This document shows positions 8,543 to 17,412 of a stretch of DNA of 25,129 bases, piece after piece. Source of the stretch: Fibrobacteria bacterium (lineage in GTDB: Bacteria > Fibrobacterota > Fibrobacteria > UBA11236); contig JBJHDK010000034.1 of assembly GCA_050486505.1 (NCBI GenBank), positions 1-25,129 on the forward strand, given 5' to 3'. The position numbers were made by a program, and so were the translations under genes. Each line of letters begins with the position of its first letter. Positions within the stretch are counted from its first letter, which is position 1. Under the pieces are notes generated by a model. The model ran no database searches and was not told the DNA's origin. It saw nothing but the letters and a program-made list of their open reading frames with translations.

Positions 8543-9205
8543 ATGAATCCTGTCGCGAAAGAGCAAACCCAGGGAGAGGGGGGAAACCCCGTCGGCCGCC
8601 CCGCCGCGCCCCCCGAGGAGGTCGCGCGGCGGATCCTGGAAACCGCGCGGGATCAATACCTGCAACGGGGCTTCTCCGCCGTCACCACCGACGAGACGGC
8701 ACGCGCCGCAGGCGTGAGCAAGAAAACCCTGTACCAGCACTTCCCCAGCAAGGATGAGTTGCTCACCGCCGTCGTCCATCACGTTTCACGCCAGCACACA
8801 TCCAACGTCAGCGCAATCTGCCACGACCAAAGCCTTTCGATCCCCAAGCGCCTGCGGCGACTGACCGACTACCTCTCCAAGCTATTCGGCGAACTCTGCC
8901 CCGCGCTGATCGATGACCTGCAGCGCAACATGCCGCAGCTGTGGGACTCGGTTGAAAAGGGGCGCCAAAAGTGCATCCAGGAAGATTTCGGCGCGCTCTT
9001 GCAGGAGGGGCGATCACGCGGGGATTTTCGCGCCGATGTGGATCCCGCAGTCTTCATGACGATCTATGCGGAGACGGTCCGCAACGTCCTGAACCCGCAA
9101 AGCTTCGCGCGCCTCGGCAAACCGCCCGCGCGCGTCCTCGAAACGGTCTACAAGGTGCTCTTCGAGGGCATGCTGACCGACAAAGCCCGGAAGGAGTATT
9201 CATGA
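8543..9205 (+). CDS. TetR/AcrR family regulator
   Basis: RIL.TA...Y.QRGF..VTT...A.AAGVSKKTLYQHFPSKDELL helix-turn-helix. Confidence 0.95.
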   Translation: MNPVAKEQTQGEGGNPVGRPAAPPEEVARRILETARDQYLQRGFSAVTTDETARAAGVSKKTLYQHFPSKDELLTAVVHHVSRQHTSNVSAICHDQSLSIPKRLRRLTDYLSKLFGELCPALIDDLQRNMPQLWDSVEKGRQKCIQEDFGALLQEGRSRGDFRADVDPAVFMTIYAETVRNVLNPQSFARLGKPPARVLETVYKVLFEGMLTDKARKEYS

Positions 9206-10557
9206 CACCGAATCCCCCCGTCACCTCCCGTTTCAGAGGTCCCGGGATCGCCCTGCTGGCGGGCCTGCTGGCGTCCGCCGCCGCGGCGCAGGCTCCCCTC
9301 ACCCTTGCCGATGCGCTGCGCGAGGCGCGCGCGAACAGCGACGAGACGAGGCTCATCGCCGAGACCACGGTCAAGCTCGACGCCATGAAGCGCGAATTGT
9401 GGGCGGGCGCGCTGCCGCAGATCTCCGCATACGCCGATGCCGGCCGTGGTGCGCAGCCCTTCGACCCCAACGCCGCGGGCTTCCCGGGCGAGGTGGTCAA
9501 CCCCGCCCTGAACCGTTTCAGCTACGGCATCCAGGGAACCCAGCCGCTCTACTCCTTCGGGCGGCTGGGACAATCCTTCCGCACGGCCGCGAAACAGATC
9601 GCTGCTCAGGAGGAAGCCAACCGTCGCGCCCTGCAGGAACTCGACTTGCAAGCGCTCGACGCTTTCTACGGGGCCCTCATCGCCGAAAAGCGACTGGCGG
9701 TTCTGAAGGCTTCGATCGAGCGCCAGGCCCGCAGCGTCGCGTTTCTGGAAGCCAACATGCGCGGCGGCGCGGGATCGCGCGGCACGGTGTTGCTGGCCAC
9801 GGCCTCGCTGCGCGCGCTCGAGCCCGAGCGCATCCGCGCCGAAAGCGACGCGGCCGCGTCGCGGATGACCCTGAACCGCCTGTTGGGCCGCGAGATCGAC
9901 GCTCCCATGGAACTGGACACCACGCAGACCCCGGAATTCTTCGTGATGACCGCCGACATCCCGGAGGGAGACGTGCGCAACGTGCTGGAATCGCGCCCCG
10001 ACCTGGCCTCGCTGCGGCTGCAGAAGGAAACCATGCGCGGCTACGCCACGGCCTACCGCATGCAATACCTTCCCAGCCTCGGCCTGCAAGGGCGGGTCGG
10101 CATCACCGCCTACGAGCTCGATGACCAACTGACCGACTTCGACCGGAACCTGGACTGGCAGATCGGGGTCGGTTTTTCATGGCCGCTCTTCGACGGTTTT
10201 TCCATGAGCTCGAAGGCGCGGCAGTACGACTCCGATGCCCGCACGTTGGCCGTCACGGAACGACGCGCCCGCGACATGGCGCGCATCGAAATCGAAACCG
10301 CGCGGCGCGAGGCACGGGCCGCGGACGCTGCGCTCGAGGCGGCACGCCAGTCCCGCGACGCTTCCGCCGAGGCGCTGGAGCTGCTGACGCGCGACTTCCG
10401 CGCGGGAGCGGGACAGGTCACCGACCTGCTTTCCGCCGAGGAGGGACTGCGCAACGCGGAACTCGCGTTGCTGGCAGCGGGATATCAAAAGGCCCGCGCG
10501 CATGCCGCGCTGCGGGTCGCACTGGGAACGGATCTGATCGGGGAGGTATCGAAATGA
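9202..10557 (+). CDS. TolC family outer membrane efflux protein
   Basis: Signal peptide, LTL.DAL..A, QPLY.FG, RPDL, YLPSL, WPLFDGF; Shine-Dalgarno AAGGAG and ATGA overlap with tetR. Confidence 0.9.
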   Translation: MTPNPPVTSRFRGPGIALLAGLLASAAAAQAPLTLADALREARANSDETRLIAETTVKLDAMKRELWAGALPQISAYADAGRGAQPFDPNAAGFPGEVVNPALNRFSYGIQGTQPLYSFGRLGQSFRTAAKQIAAQEEANRRALQELDLQALDAFYGALIAEKRLAVLKASIERQARSVAFLEANMRGGAGSRGTVLLATASLRALEPERIRAESDAAASRMTLNRLLGREIDAPMELDTTQTPEFFVMTADIPEGDVRNVLESRPDLASLRLQKETMRGYATAYRMQYLPSLGLQGRVGITAYELDDQLTDFDRNLDWQIGVGFSWPLFDGFSMSSKARQYDSDARTLAVTERRARDMARIEIETARREARAADAALEAARQSRDASAEALELLTRDFRAGAGQVTDLLSAEEGLRNAELALLAAGYQKARAHAALRVALGTDLIGEVSK

Positions 10558-11597
10558 ACATGCGCCACATTCAACTCGCGGGGCTTTCGCTCGCAGCAAC
10601 CCTTGCGCTGGCCGCTTGCGGCGGCGAGGCGGAGGTCGCGGACGGCGAGGATAACGGCGTCGCGATCCGCGTCGTCACCATGGTCGTCGAGGCGGGCCCG
10701 TTCGAGGACTGGGGGCAATATTCCGCGGAGCTGCGCGGAGCGGATGACGCCACCCTCGCCGCCCCGGCACCCGCCGGCGGGCGCGTGCGAGGCATCGCGG
10801 AGACCGGCAAGAGCGTCACCAGGGGCGAAGCCCTCTGCGACATCGACGGCGACCTCTACGACGCCTCCCTGAAGCAGGCGCGCGCGGCCTACGAACTGGC
10901 GCGCGGCGAGCGGGAGCGGGCGCGCGGCAACGTCGAGGATGGGTTCGTCGGCAAGGCCGCGCTCGACCGCGCCGAACTCGACTACCAGAACGCGCGCACG
11001 GCGGTGTTCCAGGCGGAACGCGCCCACGCCGACAGCCGCTGCGAGGCGCCCTTCGACGGAGTCCTCGTGAGCCGGTTCGTGGAGCGCCACCAATCCGTGG
11101 CCGCGGGAACCCCCACGGTGCGCGTGGCGAACCTTCGCGCGCTCGAGGCCCGCGTCGCCATTCCCGAAGCGGAAGCCGCGGCCTACCGCGAGGGACAGCA
11201 GGCCGAATTCACCACGCTGGCGGGAGGCAACGGACCAAGGGTCTCCGGCGTCATTGCTGGGATCGACCGGTCCGTGGAATCGCGCAACCGGGTGGTGCAC
11301 GCGCGCGTGCGGCTTGAGAACCCGTCAGGCGCGCTGCGCCCCGGAATGATCGGACGCATCGGCGTGCTGCGTCGCAGCTACGACGCGGCGATCGTCGTCC
11401 CGTCGACGGCGGTGCTGCGCCTCCAAGAAGGGACCGCCGTGATGGTGGTGCGCAACGGAACGGCCCTGCAGGTTCCCGTGACCCTCGGCCCCGCACGCAA
11501 CGGCGACGTCGTCGTCGAATCGGGCCTCGAGCCCGGGGATCGCATCATCACCGCCGGCGCATTCCAGGTATCCGAAGGCACGCGGGTGGAATTCTAA
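10554..11597 (+). CDS. RND efflux periplasmic adaptor (MFP), lipoprotein
   Basis: Lipobox LAAC, APFDG, LRPGM, VPS.AV, GL.PGD.II..G; Shine-Dalgarno GGAGG. Confidence 0.92.
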   Translation: MNMRHIQLAGLSLAATLALAACGGEAEVADGEDNGVAIRVVTMVVEAGPFEDWGQYSAELRGADDATLAAPAPAGGRVRGIAETGKSVTRGEALCDIDGDLYDASLKQARAAYELARGERERARGNVEDGFVGKAALDRAELDYQNARTAVFQAERAHADSRCEAPFDGVLVSRFVERHQSVAAGTPTVRVANLRALEARVAIPEAEAAAYREGQQAEFTTLAGGNGPRVSGVIAGIDRSVESRNRVVHARVRLENPSGALRPGMIGRIGVLRRSYDAAIVVPSTAVLRLQEGTAVMVVRNGTALQVPVTLGPARNGDVVVESGLEPGDRIITAGAFQVSEGTRVEF

Positions 11598-11608
11598 CGA
11601 CCACGCTT

Positions 11609-11636
11609 GTAGGGGCGAATCATCATCCGCCCCTAC
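11609..11636 (+). repeat. GTAG-type REP palindrome
   Basis: GTAGGGGCGAATCATCATCCGCCCCTAC. Confidence 0.8.
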
Positions 11637-11694
11637 CCCCACGGGGAACCGCAATGCGTTCCCAAAACGAATATCGATCACGGAGATCACCCCC

Positions 11695-14600
11695 ATGACC
11701 AAATTCGCCGTCAAAAACCATATCACGATGTTGCTGCTCGCCGCGATCCTGTTGATCGCGGGCACGATGTCGTACCGGGGACTCCCCAAGGAGTCCTTCC
11801 CCGAGATCAAGATCCCCCTGATCTTCGTGACGGTCATCTACCCTGGCGCCACGCCCGAGGACATGGAAAGCCTCGTCACCGAAAAGATTGAGGACAAGCT
11901 GGAGGGCCTGGACGGCCTCAAGGCCGTGACCTCCGTGTCGGGTGACGGATACTCTTCGATCACCGTGGAGTTTTACCCCACCGTCGAGGTGGAGACGGCC
12001 CTGCGCCGCGTCAAGGACAAGGTGGATGAGGCGCAGCCCAACCTTCCGGTCGACGTCGAAAAGCCGTTCGTCCAGGAACTGAACTTCTCCAACATCCCTG
12101 TGTTCGTCATTTCGCTCTCCGCAGATTACGGAACGGAGAGGCTCGAGGAACTTGCCGAAGCGCTGCGCACGCGCATCGCTTCGGTCCCCGGCGTGCTCGA
12201 CGCCAAGGTCACCGGCAAGCAGGAGCGCGAAATCGCCATCGATGCCGACCCGGACCGCCTCAAGCAATACGGCCTTTCGCTCAACGACCTCCTGCATGCC
12301 GTGCAGGCCCAGCACCAGAATATCCCCGGCGGCGTGCTGCGCGCGGGCGGAAACCGCTTCTCCGTCACCTTGACCGGTGAAATCCGCGACCCGGAAGGAT
12401 TCCGCGACATCATCGTGCGCTCCGAGGAGGGCGCGCTGGTCCGCTTGGGCGACGTCGCCGACGTGGGCTTCCGGTACGCGCGCGACCGCTCCACCATCTT
12501 CCGCTTGAACGGCGAGAACTCCCTGGCCATCTCGGTGACCAAGCGCACCGGCGTCAGCATCATCGACCTCGTCGACGACATCAAGGCGCTCGTCGAGGAG
12601 TCGAAGCCGGGCTGGCCCGCGGGCACCCGAGTCGAGTACACGATGGATCAGGCGAAGGATATCCGCATGATCGTCAATGAGCTGCAGAACCACATCATCT
12701 CCGGCGTTCTGCTGGTCGTGCTTCTGCTCTCGTTCTTCCTCGGGTTCCGCAACAGCTTCTTCATCAGCCTCGCCATCCCCTTCAGCATGATGATCGGTTT
12801 CCTCGTGCTCGACTGGATGGACGTCAGCCTGAACATGGTGGTGCTGTTCTCCCTGATCGTCGCACTCGGCATGCTCGTCGACGACGGCATCGTGGTGATG
12901 GAGAACATCTACCGGCACCTGCAAATGGGCAAGGACCGCGTCGCCGCCGCCATCGACGGCGCGCGCGAGGTGACCTGGCCCGTCATCATGGCCTCCGCCA
13001 CCACCATCATGGCCTTCATCCCCATCCTGTTCATTCCGGGGATCATGGGCCAGTTCATGAAGTACCTGCCCATCACGGTGATGGTGACCTTGGTCGGGTC
13101 GCTCTTCGTCGCCTTCCTCTTCAACCCCGTGTTCGCGGCGCTCTTCATGCGGAGCGGCGGCAAGAGCCTCGACGGCGAGACCGGCGACAGCTTCGAAAAA
13201 TACCGCAAGCTCTACCGCCGCGCCGTGTCGCGCGTGATCGTGCGCCCGGTGCTGGTGGCCGTCTTCTGCGTGCTCTTCATCATCGGCGGCATCGTCTCGT
13301 ACGCGCGCTTCGGAACCGGCGCCGACTTCTTCCCGATCACGGAGCCCAACGTGGTGGCCGTGGAAGTCACCGGTCCCCTGGGAATCGACATCGCCGCCAC
13401 CGACTCCGCGCTGCAGATCGTCGAGCAGGCGCTTTTCGAAATGCCCGCGGACATGGGGGACGTCGAGAGCTACTCGGGCGTGGTCGGCTTCGGGAAGGTG
13501 GATTTCGGAGACCGCCAGCCCGAATCGCACCAAGCCTACGTTGACGTGAAGTTCACCGACTTCGAGAGCCGCAGGGTCAGCTCCTGGACGAGCATGCAGT
13601 GGATGCGCGAGAACATCCCGCCCCTGCTTCCGGGCTGGCGCGTCTCCGTCAAGCAACAGAACGAGGGGCCGCCGCAAGGCTACCCCGTGGAACTGGAAAT
13701 CTCCGGCCCCGACTTCGCAGTGCTCTCGGTGCTCGCAGACTCGGTGGAGCGCCGCCTCGCGCGTGTCCCCGGCCTGGTCAACATCGACAACGACTACGAC
13801 CCGGTGCGCCCCGAGATCGCGATCACGATCGATCGCGTGCAGGCCAAGCGCTTGGGCATCAGCACCAGCGAGGCGGCCATGGCCGTACGCGGCGCCATCC
13901 ACGGCTTCGAGGCGGGCAAGTTCCGCGTGGGCCGCGACGAACATGATATCATGGTGCGCCTGAATCCCGAGACTCGCGAAAGTTTCGGCGGCCTCGACCG
14001 CATCACCGTTCCCCACGACGGCGACAACATCCCGCTGTCGTCATTCGCCCGGGTGGAGCAGCAGGCCAGCCTCGCCTCGGTGCGCCGCCTCGACGGCCGT
14101 CGCACGGTGCAGGTGTGGGCGGAGCTGGAGCCGGGAACTCGCGACGAAGCGACCCCCAAGGCCGCCGCCATGGCGGCGGTGCGCGACCTGGCCCTGCCCC
14201 CCGGCTACACCATGGTTCCCGGAAGCGGAAACCGCGAACAGGAGGAAACGCAGGAGTACCTGGGAGGGGCTCTCTTCGTCGCCCTTGGGCTCGTGCTGTT
14301 CACCATGGTCCTGAAGTTCAACTCCATCGCGCACCCCTTCATGGTGCTCGCCGGTATCTTCCTCTCGTTCGGGGGCGCGTTCTGGGGGCTTCTCATGATG
14401 AACGTGACGTTCTCGATCATCATGAGCGGCATCGGCATCATCGCCCTGGCGGGCGTGGTGGCGAAGAACAGCATCGTGCTGATCGAATTCATCAACAAAC
14501 TGCGGGAGGACGGCCTCGAACTGCGCGAGGCCATCGTCGAGGCGGGCGCAATGCGCCTGCGACCCGTGGTGCTCACCTCGGTCACGACCATGATCGCCCT

Positions 14601-14817
14601 GTTGCCGATGGCCACGGGCGTGGGCTTCGACTTCCTCCACTTCGAACCCATCCTGCGGTCCGAAACGTCGATGTTCTGGAGGCCGATGGCCTGGGCACTG
14701 TTCTGGGGCCTGTTCTTCAACACCGCCCTGATCCTGTTCGTGATTCCGACGATATATTACGCCTGGGAAAAATTGAAGGGCCGCATTGCGCGGAAGTTCG
14801 GGCGGGCGGCGGCGTAG
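11695..14817 (+). CDS. RND efflux permease (AcrB/AcrD/AcrF family)
   Basis: 1040 aa; LP.E.FPEI..P, YPGA.P..ME, GMLVDDGIVV.EN, GVVAKNSIVL, RLRPV.LT. Confidence 0.96.
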   Translation: MTKFAVKNHITMLLLAAILLIAGTMSYRGLPKESFPEIKIPLIFVTVIYPGATPEDMESLVTEKIEDKLEGLDGLKAVTSVSGDGYSSITVEFYPTVEVETALRRVKDKVDEAQPNLPVDVEKPFVQELNFSNIPVFVISLSADYGTERLEELAEALRTRIASVPGVLDAKVTGKQEREIAIDADPDRLKQYGLSLNDLLHAVQAQHQNIPGGVLRAGGNRFSVTLTGEIRDPEGFRDIIVRSEEGALVRLGDVADVGFRYARDRSTIFRLNGENSLAISVTKRTGVSIIDLVDDIKALVEESKPGWPAGTRVEYTMDQAKDIRMIVNELQNHIISGVLLVVLLLSFFLGFRNSFFISLAIPFSMMIGFLVLDWMDVSLNMVVLFSLIVALGMLVDDGIVVMENIYRHLQMGKDRVAAAIDGAREVTWPVIMASATTIMAFIPILFIPGIMGQFMKYLPITVMVTLVGSLFVAFLFNPVFAALFMRSGGKSLDGETGDSFEKYRKLYRRAVSRVIVRPVLVAVFCVLFIIGGIVSYARFGTGADFFPITEPNVVAVEVTGPLGIDIAATDSALQIVEQALFEMPADMGDVESYSGVVGFGKVDFGDRQPESHQAYVDVKFTDFESRRVSSWTSMQWMRENIPPLLPGWRVSVKQQNEGPPQGYPVELEISGPDFAVLSVLADSVERRLARVPGLVNIDNDYDPVRPEIAITIDRVQAKRLGISTSEAAMAVRGAIHGFEAGKFRVGRDEHDIMVRLNPETRESFGGLDRITVPHDGDNIPLSSFARVEQQASLASVRRLDGRRTVQVWAELEPGTRDEATPKAAAMAAVRDLALPPGYTMVPGSGNREQEETQEYLGGALFVALGLVLFTMVLKFNSIAHPFMVLAGIFLSFGGAFWGLLMMNVTFSIIMSGIGIIALAGVVAKNSIVLIEFINKLREDGLELREAIVEAGAMRLRPVVLTSVTTMIALLPMATGVGFDFLHFEPILRSETSMFWRPMAWALFWGLFFNTALILFVIPTIYYAWEKLKGRIARKFGRAAA

Positions 14818-14826
14818 AAACCGAAT

Positions 14827-14854
14827 GTAGGGGCGAATGATGATTCGCCCCTAC
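14827..14854 (-). repeat. GTAG-type REP palindrome (inverted copy of 11609-11636)
   Basis: GTAGGGGCGAATGATGATTCGCCCCTAC; its reverse complement differs from the 11609 copy at one base; lies between convergent genes. Confidence 0.8.
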
Positions 14855-14884
14855 ACGCCCGCCCGCAATCTCGTTAATCCGCGC

Positions 14885-16531
14885 CTACGCCGCGAACGAG
14901 GCGTCCAGCAGCGTCCGCGTGTAGGGATGCCGGGGGTTGGCGAATATCTCCCCGGTATCCCCCTCCTCCACGACCCTTCCGCGGTGCATCACCAGCACGC
15001 GGTCGGCGATCTTTTCCACCACCGCGAGATCGTGCGAGATGAAGACATAGGTCAAGCCAAGACGCGCCTTCAATTCCGCGAGCAGGTCGAGAACCTGCCC
15101 CTGCACGGTCATGTCGAGCGAGGCCACCGGCTCGTCGGCGACGATAAGGCGCGGCGAAACCGCGAGTGCGCGCGCGATCGCGATCCGCTGGCGTTGGCCG
15201 CCCGAGAACTGGTGGGGATACTTCGCCGCGTCTTCCGGCGTGAGGCCGACCGACACCAGCAGCTTCGCCACGCGCGCGGGTACCTCCTTCTCCGGGACAA
15301 GGGCATGGATCCGCAGGGGTTCGGCAAGCAGGTAACCCGCGCTGAGGCGGCCGTTGAGCGAGGCGTACGGATCCTGAAACACCATTTGCGCCTCGCGACG
15401 GAATGCGCGCAGCCCGCGCGCGTTCAGCGCATTGAGGTCGATCTTGCCGTCCCACAGCAGCTTTCCCGAGGTCACCGGTCCCAGCCGGATCAACGCCCTG
15501 CCCAACGTGCTCTTGCCGCTTCCCGACTCACCGACGATCGCCAGTGTCTCCCCCGCGCGCACTTCCAGGGAAACCCCGTCCACTGCCGTGACCTGGCCAC
15601 GATCCCCCCCGAACACCCCGCCACGGATGGGGTAGGCGACGGTGAGGTTCTGTGCGGACAACATCCTCACCCCACCCCCCGCCTTCGGCGACCCCCTCCC
15701 CTCTCCATCTTCGCTTGCGCGATGGAGAGGGGAGGGGGCAGGGGGAGGGGTGAGGACCTTCGGCATCGACCCGACCAACATGCGCGTGTACGGATGCGTC
15801 GCGTTCCCGAACAAGTCCGCGACGGGCAGCGTCTCCACGATCTTGCCCGCCTGCATGACGGCCGCGCGGTCCGCGGTGCGCGCGACGGCGCCGAGATCAT
15901 GGGTGATGAGCAACAAGGCCATGTCGCGCGTGCGCGCCAAGTCGCGTAACAACGCGAGGATCTGCGCCTGCACCGTGGCGTCGAGGGCGGTGGTGGGCTC
16001 GTCGGCGACCAGCAGCGCGGGATCCATCATGAGCATCATCGCGATCAACACGCGCTGACGCATGCCGCCCGAGAGTTCGTGGGGGAACTGCTGCGCCTGG
16101 CGCGCGGGATCGGGCAGGCCGACTTCGCGAAACAGCACGAGCATCCGGGCATCCGCTTCGGCGCGCGTCGTTCCCTTGAGCACGCGCAGGGACTCGGTCA
16201 CCTGGTCGCCGCAAGTCATCACGGGGTTGAGGTATTGCATCGGGTCCTGAAAGACCATGGCCATCCCGCTACCGCGCAGCTTCCGATGCGCCTCGGGATC
16301 GAGACCGACCAGTTCGCGGTCGCGAAAACGCACCGACCCTTCGGCGCGGGCGCGGCGCGGAAGCAGGCCAAGGACGGAAAGCGCGGTAAGGCTTTTCCCG
16401 CTTCCAGATTCACCCACCAGCGCGAGCACTTCGCCGGATTCCACCGAGAACGACACGCCATCGACCGGATGGATGTCCCCGTCATCGGTGCGGATGACGA
16501 CGGAGAGGCCAGATGCGGAGAGGATGGGCAC
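14885..16531 (-). CDS. Peptide/nickel ABC transporter ATP-binding protein with two fused ATPase domains (DppD/DppF-like)
   Basis: Two GESGSGKS Walker A motifs, LSGGMRQR/FSGGQRQR signatures, ADEP Walker B, two HPYT motifs. Confidence 0.95.
   Translation of the reverse strand: MPILSASGLSVVIRTDDGDIHPVDGVSFSVESGEVLALVGESGSGKSLTALSVLGLLPRRARAEGSVRFRDRELVGLDPEAHRKLRGSGMAMVFQDPMQYLNPVMTCGDQVTESLRVLKGTTRAEADARMLVLFREVGLPDPARQAQQFPHELSGGMRQRVLIAMMLMMDPALLVADEPTTALDATVQAQILALLRDLARTRDMALLLITHDLGAVARTADRAAVMQAGKIVETLPVADLFGNATHPYTRMLVGSMPKVLTPPPAPSPLHRASEDGEGRGSPKAGGGVRMLSAQNLTVAYPIRGGVFGGDRGQVTAVDGVSLEVRAGETLAIVGESGSGKSTLGRALIRLGPVTSGKLLWDGKIDLNALNARGLRAFRREAQMVFQDPYASLNGRLSAGYLLAEPLRIHALVPEKEVPARVAKLLVSVGLTPEDAAKYPHQFSGGQRQRIAIARALAVSPRLIVADEPVASLDMTVQGQVLDLLAELKARLGLTYVFISHDLAVVEKIADRVLVMHRGRVVEEGDTGEIFANPRHPYTRTLLDASFAA
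15664..15756. repeat. 93-bp nested palindromic element within the ABC ATPase CDS
   Basis: Outer inverted repeat TCCTCACCCC/GGGGTGAGGA; inner perfect 18-bp stem CCCCCTCCCCTCTCCATC (15692-15709)/GATGGAGAGGGGAGGGGG (15721-15738). Confidence 0.85.
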
Positions 16532-16539
16532 GGAGGAAA

Positions 16540-16724
16540 GTTACGAATTACGAGTTACGAGTTACGAGTAAAAAGGGGGTAGCCAAGCTCCGGGGGCGCA
16601 AGAGTCGATTTGAATGTGAATAATCCACGTCGCTCATACTATGTCCGTTGAAGCAAGAACAGCCATAAATTCAGGACAGCACCCCTGTGTTCAATTCTTA
16701 ATTCGTAATTCTTAATTCGTAATT
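16540..16724. repeat. Inverted pair of heptamer tandem arrays
   Basis: (RTTACGA)x4 at 16540-16569 and (AATTCKT)x4 at 16693-16724. Confidence 0.85.
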
Positions 16725-16731
16725 TTCATCA

Positions 16732-17412
16732 ATGTCATCCGTCCTCCTCCTCGACCTCGACCACACCCTCTATCCCTCCACGGCACCGACGCTGGCGGCG
16801 GTGGACGCGCGCATCACCGAATTCATCGCCGACCGCCTCGGCCTCGCACCGAATCCCGCCGACGCGATGCGCCGCGAGCTGTGCGCACGCTACGGAACAA
16901 CCTTGCGCGGCCTCGAGCTCCTGCACGGCGTGAGCCGCAACGAATACACCGACTACATCCAGGATCTCGGCGACCACCTCATGCCCGTCCCCGACCCGCG
17001 CCTGCGCGAATGGATCACCATCGCCGCGCGAAGGCGGCCCGCCTACCTCTTCACCAACGCGCGACGCGACTGGGCCGACCGTTGCCTGATGCACCTGGGA
17101 CTCACGGATTTGTTGACGGGGGGACACCCCGCGGGCCGCCCCCTGTTGGGGGGAATCCTGGACATCGACTTCATGGAGTGGGCCGGCAAGCCGAACCCGG
17201 AAGCATTCGACAAGGTCGAAACGTTCCTGACGGAGAAGCACCCTCCCGCCCCCGACCCCGTGTTCGCGGACGACCGGCTTGAGAACCTCGACGCCGCGCG
17301 CGCGCGCGGGTGGCGCACCATCTGGGTGCGCCCCCACGATGCCCCGCCCGCCTCCGTCGCGGGACACGAAGTGGTCGACTCCCTGCTCGACGTGGATCCG
17401 GAGAGTTTGTGA
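16732..17412 (+). CDS. HAD superfamily hydrolase, pyrimidine 5'-nucleotidase-like
   Basis: DLDHTLY, YGTTLRGL, FTNA, KP.P.AF, F.DD..NL..A...GW.T.WV. Confidence 0.9.
   Translation: MSSVLLLDLDHTLYPSTAPTLAAVDARITEFIADRLGLAPNPADAMRRELCARYGTTLRGLELLHGVSRNEYTDYIQDLGDHLMPVPDPRLREWITIAARRRPAYLFTNARRDWADRCLMHLGLTDLLTGGHPAGRPLLGGILDIDFMEWAGKPNPEAFDKVETFLTEKHPPAPDPVFADDRLENLDAARARGWRTIWVRPHDAPPASVAGHEVVDSLLDVDPESL

Noticed and set aside
16570..16692. Spacer as a pseudogene of a four-helix-bundle protein
   Set aside because: Resemblance is too faint to support without an HMM search
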